Counted from the first letter of the whole stretch, positions 10,754 to 24,265 are shown. The stretch is 63,169 bases of DNA, filler included, from Octopus bimaculoides (GCF_001194135.2; 4 parts of 4 records of this genome joined end to end with filler, not necessarily neighbours in it), one strand, 5' to 3'. Made by a program: numbers and translations. The notes: generated by a model from the letters alone, not told the origin.

Positions 10754-11704
10754 NNNNNNNNNNNNNNNNNNNNNNNNNNNNNNNNNNNNNNNNNNNNNNN
10801 NNNNNNNNNNNNNNNNNNNNNNNNNNNNNNNNNNNNNNNNNNNNNNNNNNNNNNNNNNNNNNNNNNNNNNNNNNNNNNNNNNNNNNNNNNNNNNNNNNNN
10901 NNNNNNNNNNNNNNNNNNNNNNNNNNNNNNNNNNNNNNNNNNNNNNNNNNNNNNNNNNNNNNNNNNNNNNNNNNNNNNNNNNNNNNNNNNNNNNNNNNNN
11001 NNNNNNNNNNNNNNNNNNNNNNNNNNNNNNNNNNNNNNNNNNNNNNNNNNNNNNNNNNNNNNNNNNNNNNNNNNNNNNNNNNNNNNNNNNNNNNNNNNNN
11101 NNNNNNNNNNNNNNNNNNNNNNNNNNNNNNNNNNNNNNNNNNNNNNNNNNNNNNNNNNNNNNNNNNNNNNNNNNNNNNNNNNNNNNNNNNNNNNNNNNNN
11201 NNNNNNNNNNNNNNNNNNNNNNNNNNNNNNNNNNNNNNNNNNNNNNNNNNNNNNNNNNNNNNNNNNNNNNNNNNNNNNNNNNNNNNNNNNNNNNNNNNNN
11301 NNNNNNNNNNNNNNNNNNNNNNNNNNNNNNNNNNNNNNNNNNNNNNNNNNNNNNNNNNNNNNNNNNNNNNNNNNNNNNNNNNNNNNNNNNNNNNNNNNNN
11401 NNNNNNNNNNNNNNNNNNNNNNNNNNNNNNNNNNNNNNNNNNNNNNNNNNNNNNNNNNNNNNNNNNNNNNNNNNNNNNNNNNNNNNNNNNNNNNNNNNNN
11501 NNNNNNNNNNNNNNNNNNNNNNNNNNNNNNNNNNNNNNNNNNNNNNNNNNNNNNNNNNNNNNNNNNNNNNNNNNNNNNNNNNNNNNNNNNNNNNNNNNNN
11601 NNNNNNNNNNNNNNNNNNNNNNNNNNNATATATATTAATATATATATATTAATATATATATATTAATATATATATATACATATGTGTGTGTGTGTGTGTG
11701 TGTG

Positions 11705-11738
<34 letters not shown>

Positions 11739-12739
11739 GTGTGTGTGTTAATATATATTCATATATATTTATATATATATATATAGCCATGTATTTGTGT
11801 ACATACCGAAGTATATGATGGTTTTTAGCTACAGCATGTTTGTAAATAGTTGTTATAAATAATTGATATATCTCTTGCTGAAAGAAAAAAAAATCTATAT
11901 AAATTTTATGGTGCTAAAGTGTTGACAGACTAAGAAATATAGTATATAACAGTCTTACACATTACCCTTCCATGTGTAAAGCCATACTGTTATTCCGGAA
12001 GATGAATTAATGACATGTCTTATTGGAGAGAGAGAGAGATTCTGAGATGTAATTATTTGATTGGTCTGTGGTGTGATGACATTTTTGTCATTCGTCAATG
12101 TGGGCGCCCCTACACGTTCGAATTGCCTGCTAGAAATAGCAACTAAATCTTTCTCAAATTACACTCTAGTGTCTCAGAACATAGACAATATAGTAATACA
12201 TGCCCTTAACATGACAAAATGGTGACTATTGGAATGTATAAACCATAGGTCTGCTTGATAAGGACCTTAATCAGTATATAGGAGCTAGTTATAGAGGTGT
12301 GTTATAGATAATCCATCTGGGAAATAGACGGATAGAGAGGTAAGATAAATTTAAACTCATTGGATCTCCATTCAGTTCAACGATGAGTATTCAATTATTT
12401 GATCAACTGATCCACCTACTCATAGAATTAGCGAGTAAGTGGCTGAATATTTACCAAATATATGTACCCTTAACGTAATTCTAAAGTAGAGTCACTGATA
12501 CAGTGTGTCCAAGACTGCTGGTTCAATTCGTCCAACACTTTTCGGCACAAGTCTCCGACCATTCAACCACCCAGTTCTATCCATAAGGCTTGGATCGACA
12601 CAAAACTATAGTAAATGGCACTTAATCATGATGCCATACAGTAGGTTTGAGCTGTTATCTCGTTATTATGAAGCGAACTTATAAATTATTCGGCTATGCT
12701 GTGTCCATGATATACAAACAGATATACAGCCAGACAGAT

Positions 12740-13908
12740 AGACTGCGCTCAAAATTGACCGGATGGAATAGAATTCAAGCAGTTAATACGCATCACTTTG
12801 GTTTGGAGTGGAAATTATAAAATAGCAAAAGAGAGAAGTGATGAAAATGGATACCAAGGCCAGGAAATGTTGACAGTACACAGAGCCTTCCACATTAAGT
12901 GTGACACCGATAGGCTGTACTTGTCCAAAAGAATGGGTGGAAGAGGTTTGATCAGTTGCCAGGATTGTATCGAAGCAGAGGAAAACAGCCTAGAGTGGTA
13001 TATAAAAAATGCTATGGAGTCATTCATAAAACATACGAAGAAAGCCGGCGTCATCTAAACTGAGAATTGTGTAATGAAAGAAAAATAGAAAAGAAGAAAT
13101 GAACACAAAAACAGAGAAACCATGGAAGGGAAAACATGTACGGTCAGTTTGCAAGAGATGTGAACGCGAAGACAGATACAGAGGACCGGTGGCTATGGAT
13201 GAAAAGGAGTGACCTGAAGGTAGAGGCAGAAGCACTCATATGCGCAGCTCAAGAATAAGCGTTAAGGACCAACTGTGTGAAGTGCAGAAAAGACAACACT
13301 ACCGACAGCGACAAATTCAGAATGTGTAGTGAAAGTGTTAGCGAAATTGGCTCAATACGAATACGAAAGACCCCATGAAAATATGGCAAGAATGATCCAT
13401 TGGGAGCTCTGAAGTATAAGCAAACCCCAGGAGTCACCGTGAATGAGAATTGCGATATCATGTGGGATACAATGATTCAGTGCGATCACCTGGCCAAACA
13501 TCAGAAACCGGACATTGTTGTATTGAATGAAAAAGAAAGAACATGCATGATAATCGACATAGCGTGCCCCGGTGACAACCGGATCAATGTGAAAGAAGAA
13601 GAAAAAATAAATTACTATGACGATTTGAAGTGGGAAATACGAAGGTTGGGGTCAGTGAGGAGAGTAGACGTGATACCAATAGTAATTGATGCACTTGGAA
13701 GTATCAGCATTCACTACCAACATGGCTGAAAAAGTTAGGTGTAACTGTGCAGGTAGAACACCTACAAAAATCAGCGTTACTTGGAACTGCAAGAGATCTT
13801 CGCGGGGTTCTTGAAGCATGACCAGTAAACAAGTGTCACCTTAGTCTGCTGGGTGTGGGCAGCTGACACTTTCCATCATACTCAGCAAAATAAGCTGAGT
13901 TTTCATAT
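12740..13908 (+). mobile_element. R4/Dong-like non-LTR retrotransposon, 3' portion (post-RT region, CCHC region, restriction-like endonuclease, 3'UTR)
   Basis: DTDRLYLSKRMGGRGL, LICAAQE, HQKPDIVV...IIDIACP...KEEEKINYYDDL, LQKSALLGTAR. The 3'UTR ends directly in (AAT)n. Confidence 0.92.
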
Positions 13909-13967
13909 AATAATAATAATAATGATAATAATAATAATAATAATAATAATGATGATGATGATGATGA

Positions 13968-13998
<31 letters not shown>

Positions 13999-14090
13999 AA
14001 GAAGAAGAAGAAGAAGAAGAAGAAGAAGAAGAAGAAGAAGAAGAAGAAGAAGAAGAAGAAGAAGAAGAAGAAGAAGAAGAAGAAGAAGGA
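13908..14090. repeat. Compound (AAT)n(GAT)n(GAA)n microsatellite
   Basis: Read directly from the sequence. Confidence 0.98.
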
Positions 14091-14099
14091 GGAGGATCA

Positions 14100-15860
14100 G
14101 GCAGTGGGAAAGACAAACAACAACATAAGAGATACAGCTCAAACCAAAGAAGGACCTAAAGAAAAATGATAAGAGCCCTACCAATAAGGAAGGCATAAGT
14201 GTCACCAACGACTTAAATGATTTAAGTGAGGAAGATCAGAATATTTTAGATGCGTTGCGGGAAGTAACGAGAGAAAAAGTAAGAAAAAGGTTACCAGCAC
14301 TAAAAGGCACCAACAGAAGGAAGCTGCTAGAAATGACTAGGAAAGTAGCTTCTGTTATCAGTAGGATAGATACAAAAATATACGAGATACTAACTTATTG
14401 ATGTATGCAGGAGGGGTAGTAGCCACCAGAAGATTAGATATCTTACAGGGAGAGATAAAAAAGGAGAAAATGTAGAAAAGGAGACAACAAAATAAAATGA
14501 AGACTTTAAGACAAGATCTGAGTAGAATAGAATCCTGGAAAAGAAACAAGTTAGGAAAGAGATGACGCAAATCTTGCCTCGAGGAAAGATACTTAGTCAA
14601 AGAGAAAGGATTTGAGACAATAATAAATAAAAGTGATGAAACAGCGTATCATAGCAGTAGCAGGCAAACTCTCCATATATCAGAAAAGAATATATCAATA
14701 TCAATAGAATAGATTATTTGAGACAGACCAGACGAGAGTTTATAACCAAATAAATAGTGGAGAGCGAAGTACTGAAGATGGGAAAACCTAATGCAGAAGA
14801 AGTAGAAAGTTTTGAATCAACATTTGGCATAAGCTAGTCAATCATAATGGAGATGCAATATGGTTAAAGAAAGTGAGCGAAAAAATAGTGAGTGAGAAGC
14901 AGCCAGACCTAAGATTAACTAGTGCATGTGTTTAAAAAAAATGCCGAATTGGAAGCGTCCAGCACCAGATTTAGTTCAAGAGTACTGGCTAAAGAAATTC
15001 AGTAGTTTACATGGGAGACTGATGAAACAACTTCAGGATTGCCTTAAAGGAGGAATAATACTAGATTGGATAACTAGGAGGACAATACTCATTATAAAGG
15101 ATAAGAGCAAGGGTAATACAGCTAGCAACTATAGACCAATCACTTGCTTACCATTAGTGTGGAAGCTGTTAGCAGGCATGCGTTCAGGAAGCATTTACGA
15201 GCACCTTGACAATCAGAATGTTCTACCAGAAGAATAGAAAGGTTGCAGGAAGATGGCCAGAAGAACGCAAGATCTATCATACATAGACAAAGCAGTTCTA
15301 AATTAAGTAAAAGCTAGAAAGAAAAATCTAACAATAGCATGGATAGATTATAGGAAAGACTATGACATGATCGCACACTCTTGGATAAGTGAATGTCTGA
15401 GTATATTCAGTATAGCAGACTACATAAGAGAATTAATTAGCTTTAGCATGAAGAAATGGAAAGTAGATCTCTACTCAGGTGACACACTCTTAGGGAATGT
15501 TAATATCAAAAGAGGAATTTTCCGGGGGACTCGTTGTCCCCTTTAATATTTGTCTTATGTTTGATCCCCCTCAATTTAGTATTAAGAAAGGCAAACGTAG
15601 GGTATCAGTTCAGAAATAGTAAGGGAAAAATTAACCATTTGCTCTACATGGATGATCTGAAGCTTTTTAGTAAGAATGAAAAAGAGATAGATGCCTTAAT
15701 AAAAACTTTAACACTCTTCAGCTAAGAGACAGGCATAGAATTTGGCATAGATAAGTGTGCAATATTAGTCATGAGAAGGGGACATGTAGTCAACAGAGAA
15801 GGCATATAATTACCAGATGGTCAGACATTAAAATGATTGAAAGGAGGAGAGAGCTATAAA
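14100..15860 (+). mobile_element. R4/Dong-like element, N-terminal region and RT (decayed)
   Basis: NYRPITCLPLVWKLL, IAWIDYRKDYDMI, IKRGIFRGDSLSPLIF, HLLYMDDLKLF, ending GESYK. Multiple stops. Confidence 0.92.
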
Positions 15861-15887
15861 TAATACAGTTCTATATTTAAGAGATGA

Positions 15888-15982
15888 GGAATTATTTACA
15901 TTATTTACATTATTTACATTTGACGGATATTCGTCCTCATCTTGTTTGTTGTTAACACAACGTTTCGGCTGATATACCCTCC
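15888..15982 (-). mobile_element. Penelope-like terminus with 3' half of a hammerhead-like motif
   Basis: Minus strand reads ggagggtatatcagccGAAACgttgtgtt, ending in a 9-bp tandem tail (aatgtaaat)n. The CTGANGA side is replaced by an R4 3' tip (15983-16012, similar to 27435-27470). Confidence 0.45.
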
Positions 15983-16010
15983 AACAGTCTAATCTGTTGT
16001 GTGTATATGA

Positions 16011-16132
<122 letters not shown>

Positions 16133-16138
16133 GACAAT

Positions 16139-17480
16139 ACAATACGAAGAGCGTGATGCGACTGCAATATATATTTGATCGATTGGACGATATTTCGACA
16201 GGTAGCCTGTCTTTGTCGAGTTTAAATTAAAAAGTGATACATAGAAATTTAAAATTATTGTCATTGAAATCCAAAATTTGAACGAGGGCAACCAGCGTTC
16301 CCACGTTGATGGAATGACATCATCAGTGTTCAATATTCACGTTTACAACTGGCAAGAAGAAAAAGAAAAGAAAAAACAGAGAAAAAAGAAAAGAAAAAGA
16401 GTATTTAATCAAACAGTTTTATGCAAATATGATGAAATTCTGTCATTTTATTCATCCCTTCGGGGCGTGAACTCACATTTTGAGGTCTGAAAGTGTAGCA
16501 GATTCAGAATATTTTCTGAGAATATGCACTTTCAAGTCTTTTTCAAAATTGCAGTCGTTTGATTCAAAATGTTCGGCAAGTTCTGTCGAACTATTGTTAT
16601 TGTACCTGACATGGTATCTGTGCCCATTCAATGTTTTGTTTGATTGTTCTGTTGTACAGCCAAGATAAATAGTGTTTCGTGCATTCTGCTGCGTACACCA
16701 AATGGGAAGCTCTACACGTCCCACCTTCCGTGTAAATCATAACATTTCTGTTATGATTCCTGATACAATTCACTTGACTCATGTTGTTGCACAATGAACC
16801 TCTCTTGTGGCTGTTTTTCAAGGTACAGCGTGCAAAAACTTCAATGTTAGTTTTCTTGGAGTCAGAAGTAGAGGTTAATAGTTTTCATATTTTTATTCTG
16901 TCGTCAGAAGTAGAGGTTAATAGTTTTCATATTTTAATCTGTCTAGATAATTGTTCTCATATTTTTAATCCGTCTAAAGGCTACAATAGGTGGCTGAGGA
17001 AATATTTGTTTGAAACGATGATATTTTTCCGCAGTATGCTGATAACACTTTTGGAATGTCAGCGAAATTTCGCTGCCAGTTAATGAACTTTGAAAAATGA
17101 AATTTCGTCCCTGAAGACAAAAAAGGAAAAGAAGCTGAAAAAGCTGATTTCCCATTCCTACGGTTTTCTATTCCCAGAGAATAAGTCAGTCATAAATTTA
17201 TCTAAACTAAAACTTTCACCCAGCGGTGTCTCTGTCTTTGACCTTGGACTCCAACTGGAATCTAGATAAAGTTTGGGATGGATGTGTGCAAGCACTACTA
17301 GAATTTCTTGAATCTTGTCAGATAGGCATCAGAGAAAGCCTTAAAACAATGAACAGATAACAATGAATAGTCTTATCCGGTACATAGATCCATACACTTT
17401 GAATTCATTTTATTTTACACTGACTGAAAAATGTTATTGATGAGAAAATTGTGAAAATTTGCATGTAGTACTTATATGAT
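16139..17480 (-). mobile_element. Penelope-like element remnant (RT C-terminus, GIY-YIG endonuclease, terminal repeat)
   Basis: RFKQIFPQPPIVAFRRIKNMR, EGGTCRASHLVYAAECTKH, IYLGCTTEQ...LNGHRYH...STELAEHF...KDLKVHIL. Homologous to 29172-30295. Confidence 0.85.
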
Positions 17481-18241
17481 TAAAGTGTATCTAATTCGAT
17501 GCATGGCTATACTCGTTTGATTTTCCTTGCATAAATCATATATACATATATAGTGTTATGACGGTGGATTTTCGTACAATTGTTATATTTAAAACGACCA
17601 GAAATTTGCGATAATTTTCAAGTGAGAATTACATTTATTGCTTTTTGTATTTTTGGGAAATTGTTTATTATTTTTTTTTTTTTTACTCAGCACATTTTTT
17701 TCTCGTCTTCATAGATTTCAAATTTGTTGACAACGTATTGTTTGCTTTCATATATTTTTTTACAATAAAAAATATAATCCACCAGCGCAATATCTGTAAT
17801 TTAAATATATTTTCGTATATACATTTATGAATATGTATATATAAATATACTCATACATACACACACACACTCACTCACACACTGAAACACACACACACAC
17901 ACACATGTATATATACACCCTCGCACGTACACATACACACTAATATATATATATATGTATATANNNNNNNNNNNNNNNNNNNNNNNNNNNNNNNNNNNNN
18001 NNNNNNNNNNNNNNNNNNNNNNNNNNNNNNNNNNNNNNNNNNNNNNNNNNNNNNNNNNTGAGACGCTGCGTTCAATCATGTAAAAACAAATAGTAAATGA
18101 GTATATGCATATATACGTACAGGTATGCGCATACCGACATCCACCTGTATGTATAGGTGCATATCTGGGTACAGGACATTGCAAACAAACGTAGACGAGA
18201 ACACACGAGCCACATAGAGAACATTCTATATATATATATAC

Positions 18242-18314
<73 letters not shown>

Positions 18315-18315
18315 T

Positions 18316-19319
18316 GTTTCTTTATTGGCCACACAGGGCTGAACACAGAGGGGACAAAATTCAAAGTAGAGCTTTTCTTTTTGGGAAGAGAAGAAAAAAA
18401 AGTGGCGGGTAGAAATTCGATCAAAAGGGATCGTGAGAAAAAAAAGGCCGATCAATAGGGATCGTGTATCACAGAAATGTCATAATGTAAAAAGGGGGAA
18501 ACAGATTAGGTTTATCCGTAGAAAAAAAAGCCAACGGAAAAGACCACGGTAACCTTGGGCAATAATGTCATGCAAAAAAAATACATTACAGTGACTCTTT
18601 TTTCCTTTCTTTTTTTTTGGGGGGGGGGTCATAGGATTACGCTCAATGTGGTTCCGTCATTCACACGTGCTATCCTTGCTACATTCACCCATTCTTTTTT
18701 TGTGAAACATTCACTAGACAAAACTTCCCTCTCTACTCTCACCTTCCTCTTCAAATGATACTTGAAGAAGTTGATCAGAGATTGCCTTGAGAGGAAAGTC
18801 TTTGTCTCTTGACCTTTCAGACGCGTCCACCATACACATTTTTTTCACCATAGCCACAAGTACGATGAAAATGGCTCTTCCTTCTCGTTTGAAGGAAAAA
18901 GGCGCGACAATATTCACGATAGACTCGGTTGATAAACCGACTCGTCCCACACGCGATAGCAGTCGTTCGACATAGGCCCACAGGTCGGAAATGGTTGGAC
19001 ACTGTACGAGTCCGTGCAGAACGGGTTCGTCGCTCTGACCGCATTTCGGATAGGTCGCCCCGTGTTTCTCGAGCCATGCCTGTAGAGCTTATCCCGAACG
19101 AGTAGCGCTTCTCGATAGCACTGCTAGGCCAGTGATCTCTGGAAGTTGTCCATAGGTCCCGGCCCGAAAATCGTCTTGAACAGGAGACGCCCAGGTCCGC
19201 CTCGAGATCGTCGTCGTACCTCCCCTCCACTAATCCCCTATAGAATGCTTTGGTTGTGTTGCAGTCGCTCATGGTCGACCCGGGATGGTATAGTTGCTCG
19301 AGAGCAACACGACACTCGC
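18316..19319 (-). mobile_element. 5'-truncated Tx1/L1-type LINE (ORF2 C-terminus and 3'UTR) with its tail in (GATA)n
   Basis: TTKAFYRGLVEG, CGQSDEPVLHGLVQCP (CCHC-type finger), WVNVARIARVNDGTTLSVIL-stop at 18629. The tail ggccaataaagaaac is followed by (atct)n. Confidence 0.85.
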
Positions 19320-19477
19320 AGAGAGAGAAGATATGTATATATGAATATGCATATGCATATATATACACATATGTGTTTGTATAATTCATGTGGAGCAGGA
19401 CTTCAACTTTCGTCTGACAACTTATTCAAGTGGTCAAGGTGGATTTTATACTATAACTCAGATTTGTTCTACATACT

Positions 19478-19600
19478 GTAAGCCAATGGGCAGACAAAAG
19501 CAAAATGTGTTAAATGAGGGAAAATTTGAATTGATACATTCTGGAAAATAAGACTGCGCTCAAACAATCATATTCCCTTCCTTCAAGGGATCTGCTCACA
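19478..19600 (+). mobile_element. CR1/L2-type RT fragment
   Basis: QWADKSKM..NEGKFELIHSGK resembles the post-YADD 'W....M..N..K..++..G' segment of CR1-clade RTs. Confidence 0.45.
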
Positions 19601-19770
19601 ACCTCCATGGGTCACCTTTACTAGGATACATCTCAGGCAACAACAACTCCCTATCTGAAGGGGCCATGATAACACAAAACTTGACTTTAAAATGACTTAA
19701 CAGATCCTATCAGGTGTTGTTGTTAAGTTAGACATATCATGTGCCAATCTTTGGCCGAAATATAACACAC

Positions 19771-19822
<52 letters not shown>

Positions 19823-19835
19823 TTATCTGTCTATG

Positions 19836-20878
19836 TTCCGGACATTGACTGACGAGGAAATCGGCTGCGAATAGTCCGTGTATCTTGCTTTTGTCCAGTT
19901 TCCTGTTTGTTGTGTTATCGTCTGCTTTTCCGTCTGCTGTTTTTTGTTGGACATCCGTTTACTGTGTTTTCTCGTTGTTCTTTCTGTTCAACCTTTGATT
20001 TGTCTATGCGACGCACCGTGCAACCTGTTATTTACTTTGTAAAAAATATTCCTTGAATATTTATGTACGACTCTTACTATCTCTTTCCTCGCTTGTCTCC
20101 CTTGTTCCTTCCTTTCTTTCTTTCTCTCTTTCTTTCTCTCTCTCTCTCTCTCTTCCCCCCTTTCGTTCTTCAGTCCCTCTCATTTCATTTTCCCTCTCCA
20201 TTATTCCTTAGTCCCTCTAATTCTTTAATCCCTTTGCCCTCCACAACTTTTTCCCTCTCCTACCACATGATCAGTGTCTGGCCAGGGCATTGCCCGTCTA
20301 TTTTGGTCAGCCGCCGTCCAGGCTGTTCCCGTTCGTCTGTTCTCCTGCTCAGTCTGTTAAGGTTTTCCATTTCTCCTTTACGCCAGCCTACTACGTTCGT
20401 TTGGTAGTCGAAAGATCCTTCCTGTTATTTATTCATGTTGTAAATGTGTAATTATTTTCCTTTTGGCGTATAGCGGAAAGGCGTTTGTTTGTTTTTTTGT
20501 TGTATATGTATAATTCCTTTTCTGTTGCACATGTATTATTATTTCATCACAGTGTATTGTATAGATATTTCTCTTAGCTTTCTTGTTCTTGTTTTTGTTC
20601 TTGTATATATTTGTGTGCTTTTTCCAAACGCTTAATGCTCTTGGCGCTTGTCGCAATCGAGCGGTCTCAATGATAAAAAGCGCGAAACTGTTAGGACATT
20701 CCGGACATCGAATGATGAGGAAATCGGCAGCGAATGGTCAGCGTATCTTGTTTTTGTCCAGTTTCCCGTGTGTTGGGTTATCATCTAGTTTTCCGTATGT
20801 TGTTTTTTGGTAGAATTCCGTTGTTGTGTTCTTTCTTTTGAACCCTTGATTTACCTATGCGGCGCGCCGTACAACCTG

Positions 20879-20880
<2 letters not shown>
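19836..20880 (+). repeat. ~190-bp diverged direct repeats (19836-20030, 20699-20880) with decayed hammerhead-like cores; probable Penelope-like pLTR remnants
   Basis: Both copies start ttccggacat, carry (c)tga(c/t)gaggaaatcggc..cgaa, and end caacctgtt. Confidence 0.55.
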
Positions 20881-20956
<76 letters not shown>

Positions 20957-21045
20957 TTATGTTTGACTTTTGTTTTGCATTTGTACAAGTTGGATCCAAG
21001 TCTCACCCAGAGACCTCAAGAGACAACAAGTTAGAAGTTTATTAT
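20957..21045 (-). mobile_element. ~90-bp 3' tip of R4/Dong-like family B embedded in (TAT)n
   Basis: Reverse complement of 36685-36770 and similar to 56020-56099. Flanked on both sides by (TAT)n. Confidence 0.85.
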
Positions 21046-23080
21046 TATCATTATTATTATTATTATTATTATTATNNNNNNNNNNNNNNNNNNNNNNNNN
21101 NNNNNNNNNNNNNNNNNNNNNNNNNNNNNNNNNNNNNNNNNNNNNNNNNNNNNNNNNNNNNNNNNNNNNNNNNNNNNNNNNNNNNNNNNNNNNNNNNNNN
21201 NNNNNNNNNNNNNNNNNNNNNNNNNNNNNNNNNNNNNNNNNNNNNNNNNNNNNNNNNNNNNNNNNNNNNNNNNNNNNNNNNNNNNNNNNNNNNNNNNNNN
21301 NNNNNNNNNNNNNNNNNNNNNNNNNNNNNNNNNNNNNNNNNNNNNNNNNNNNNNNNNNNNNNNNNNNNNNNNNNNNNNNNNNNNNNNNNNNNNNNNNNNN
21401 NNNNNNNNNNNNNNNNNNNNNNNNNNNNNNNNNNNNNNNNNNNNNNNNNNNNNNNNNNNNNNNNNNNNNNNNNNNNGATAAATGAAAATTCGGAATCAAA
21501 AAGAAGGGGTACGGTTGGACATTTATTTTCAATCACTGCGATTGTTTCTCCGCAACGTAGTTCTCCAGGTGTGCGGGTACTTGATTATGCAACGGTTTCC
21601 CTGAATTATGAGATCAAGTTATGTTTCTTCAGATATGTAAATATTGTCCCCGTAAGTTCAATTTCTCGGCTTCAAGAGCATCGTCTGTCTATCGTGGTCG
21701 GAAGTAAGTAGTACCCACTGAGTTTATCAAGGCTTGCAGTTGCTGAAGGACCGTTGGCGAACTATTTTGTATGTGCAGATGTAGTGGGATGGTGATTCTG
21801 CTACTGTTTAAGTGGTAGCCGTTTTAAAGGGATCGGTATTTGATTTCTTTGTACTATTGATTTGTTCTTTATGGTTAGTTACACGTGCGATTGTCCTTAG
21901 CTGACCTTTAAGAGTCGGCCCATACGTACACTTACATGGTCGTTCACATATACATCCATAAACACACTAATGTTCGGCATGATGATATTGCACCAGCTAA
22001 GAAAGGATGAGAATCTTTGCCTGTTTCGTTGGTTATCTGACATCCTACAGCCGCGCCTAGCTGCTGCACTGATATATCAACAAATAGGTATTTTCGTTAG
22101 GATATCTGTTAAACAAGTGAAATAGTAGGCTCATGAAAGGTTATGTTCATAGACATGTAGTATTTTATATGCACTGCACTTAACTATTGGAACTGTGCAT
22201 CCCAGCACAATAGTTGGGGATTAATGAGACTATTGATGATGGCTAATATTTATCTGAACAAAGAGTTAGAAATGATGTTCTTAAAATGATCTTGTGATAG
22301 TATCCTGGAGTGTTATAAACGTGTCTACTTATCTGTATCCAAGAAAGGTTAGTTCGTAACAGTGGAAGCTTGAAGCACAATATACACATAACCAAACAAT
22401 TGTTGACTGTCTACAAAACTTAAATGAAACCCAGATCGGAATACTACTGCCACTTGTCGTTTGCTACTACAGACAACCAGGTACAGCTACTGCAGAGAAC
22501 CATCCCCTTTTTACAGATAATTGGCAAGAAGGCACTCAGCAATATACTTCAACCTCTAGTCCACAGATATGCTGGGGTTTTGTTTGTTTTTTGTTTACTT
22601 TTCTTTGTGTCTCTGACTTTTCTAATTTCACTACACCGAGTTTTATTTACCAGAGAAAGCGAGTTGCATTCTACACATATGTCTCTTTACCATTTCTCAC
22701 AGTCATTCATTTTTCTTCGTTTATAGGCCCCGCACTATCCACACATCCAGTACTTTTCCACCAGAACGTCTCTACACTAGAATTTTCTCTTTGAAAATGT
22801 TTTTCCTTACAGTCGTCAACTGGCAATTGTTCAAGTTGTATGCTCACTATGCCGACCTCACTGAAGACAGATTGAGAGAGAGTTTGCGAAGGCCCTGAAA
22901 GGAGTCGCTTTTTCCAGTCAATCCAATCATCTCTCTCTGTAAACCCGAACCAGAAAAACCGAGTGAATCATCTCCTGCGAGTAAAGAGAGACAGACAAAT
23001 GTGCAGAAGCACGGACGATGGAATGAACATATAGTTACACAGACAGACAGACAGACAGACAGATAAAGAGAAAGAAAGAA

Positions 23081-23130
<50 letters not shown>

Positions 23131-24230
23131 GTGAATATCATTTAGTCTTAATCTAATTTTTTCAGCTATTTAGGGTATGGTTTCTTCTTTCTCCGTTTTT
23201 CTTTTTCTTTTTCTTTCTCAAAATCGTAATGCTAATACCTATTTTATTGTATTGGCAGAGGAGGATATGTTTTGTCTGATGCAATGTAGGAAACTTTTGA
23301 CTGTAGCCATAAATATAAGAGAGGTTCTACGTTGAGAACGGGTGTTTTACAAAAGAATTTCATGTGGATAGTCGTTCGTAGTGTATGTAATGAGAATGAT
23401 TCTCCTTTTTTCTTTTTTTCTGAAACATTGATAGAAAATTAGTAAAGATTGCCTAAACTCACATGTGACAGTTTTATATTCCTTGAATAGATGTAGACTT
23501 AAACATTTTACTTCCACGCAATTCATACTGAAACACAACCGTCTGAAAGGCTGTAACTTTTTACGTTACTTTATACTCTCAATATTGACATATTACTTTC
23601 TCTTCAGCCTTAAAGAAATATTTCGCTCACAACATGGCAGTGGTGATGGAGACAGTATACATCTTACTCTATAGTACTCACTATGTATGTGTGTAATAAA
23701 AATATTCGTGTTTTAAAGATGAGATATAAACAAGGATTGAGTCTGGGACATAGCGTCACTGGGTTAAATAGCAGATGATGCGAAGAGTGTATCAACGATA
23801 GGAGACTAGAAGCAATTGTGGATGGTGATAAATATGAAAGATAGAATCGCCAAAATCATTTATGTCGTGTTACATTTCTGGTGATATAAATTCCAGCATA
23901 TCCATATACAAGCATGTATGTATGTATGTATGTATGTATGTATGTGTGTATGTATGTATGTGTGTGTGCATGTATGTATATATGTGTGTATAGTATAGTA
24001 AATTATGCGTGTGTGTGTGTGTGTGTGTGTGAGCGTGTGTGTGTGTGAGAGAGCGTGTGTGTGTAAGCGTGTATGGATATATATTTATATGTATTTATAT
24101 TTATGTGTATTTATATATATTTATATTTATATCTGGATGTATAAGTATTTATATATACATATAAATATCTATGTATGCATGTATCATGATATGTATGTAT
24201 ATATGTATATATATATACCTATATATATAT

Positions 24231-24265
<35 letters not shown>

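Noticed and set aside
16861-16943. Short tandem duplications (42 bp here; others near 32370, 39570 and 62430)
   Set aside because: Ordinary slippage duplications, mostly inside dead elements, with no sign of function.
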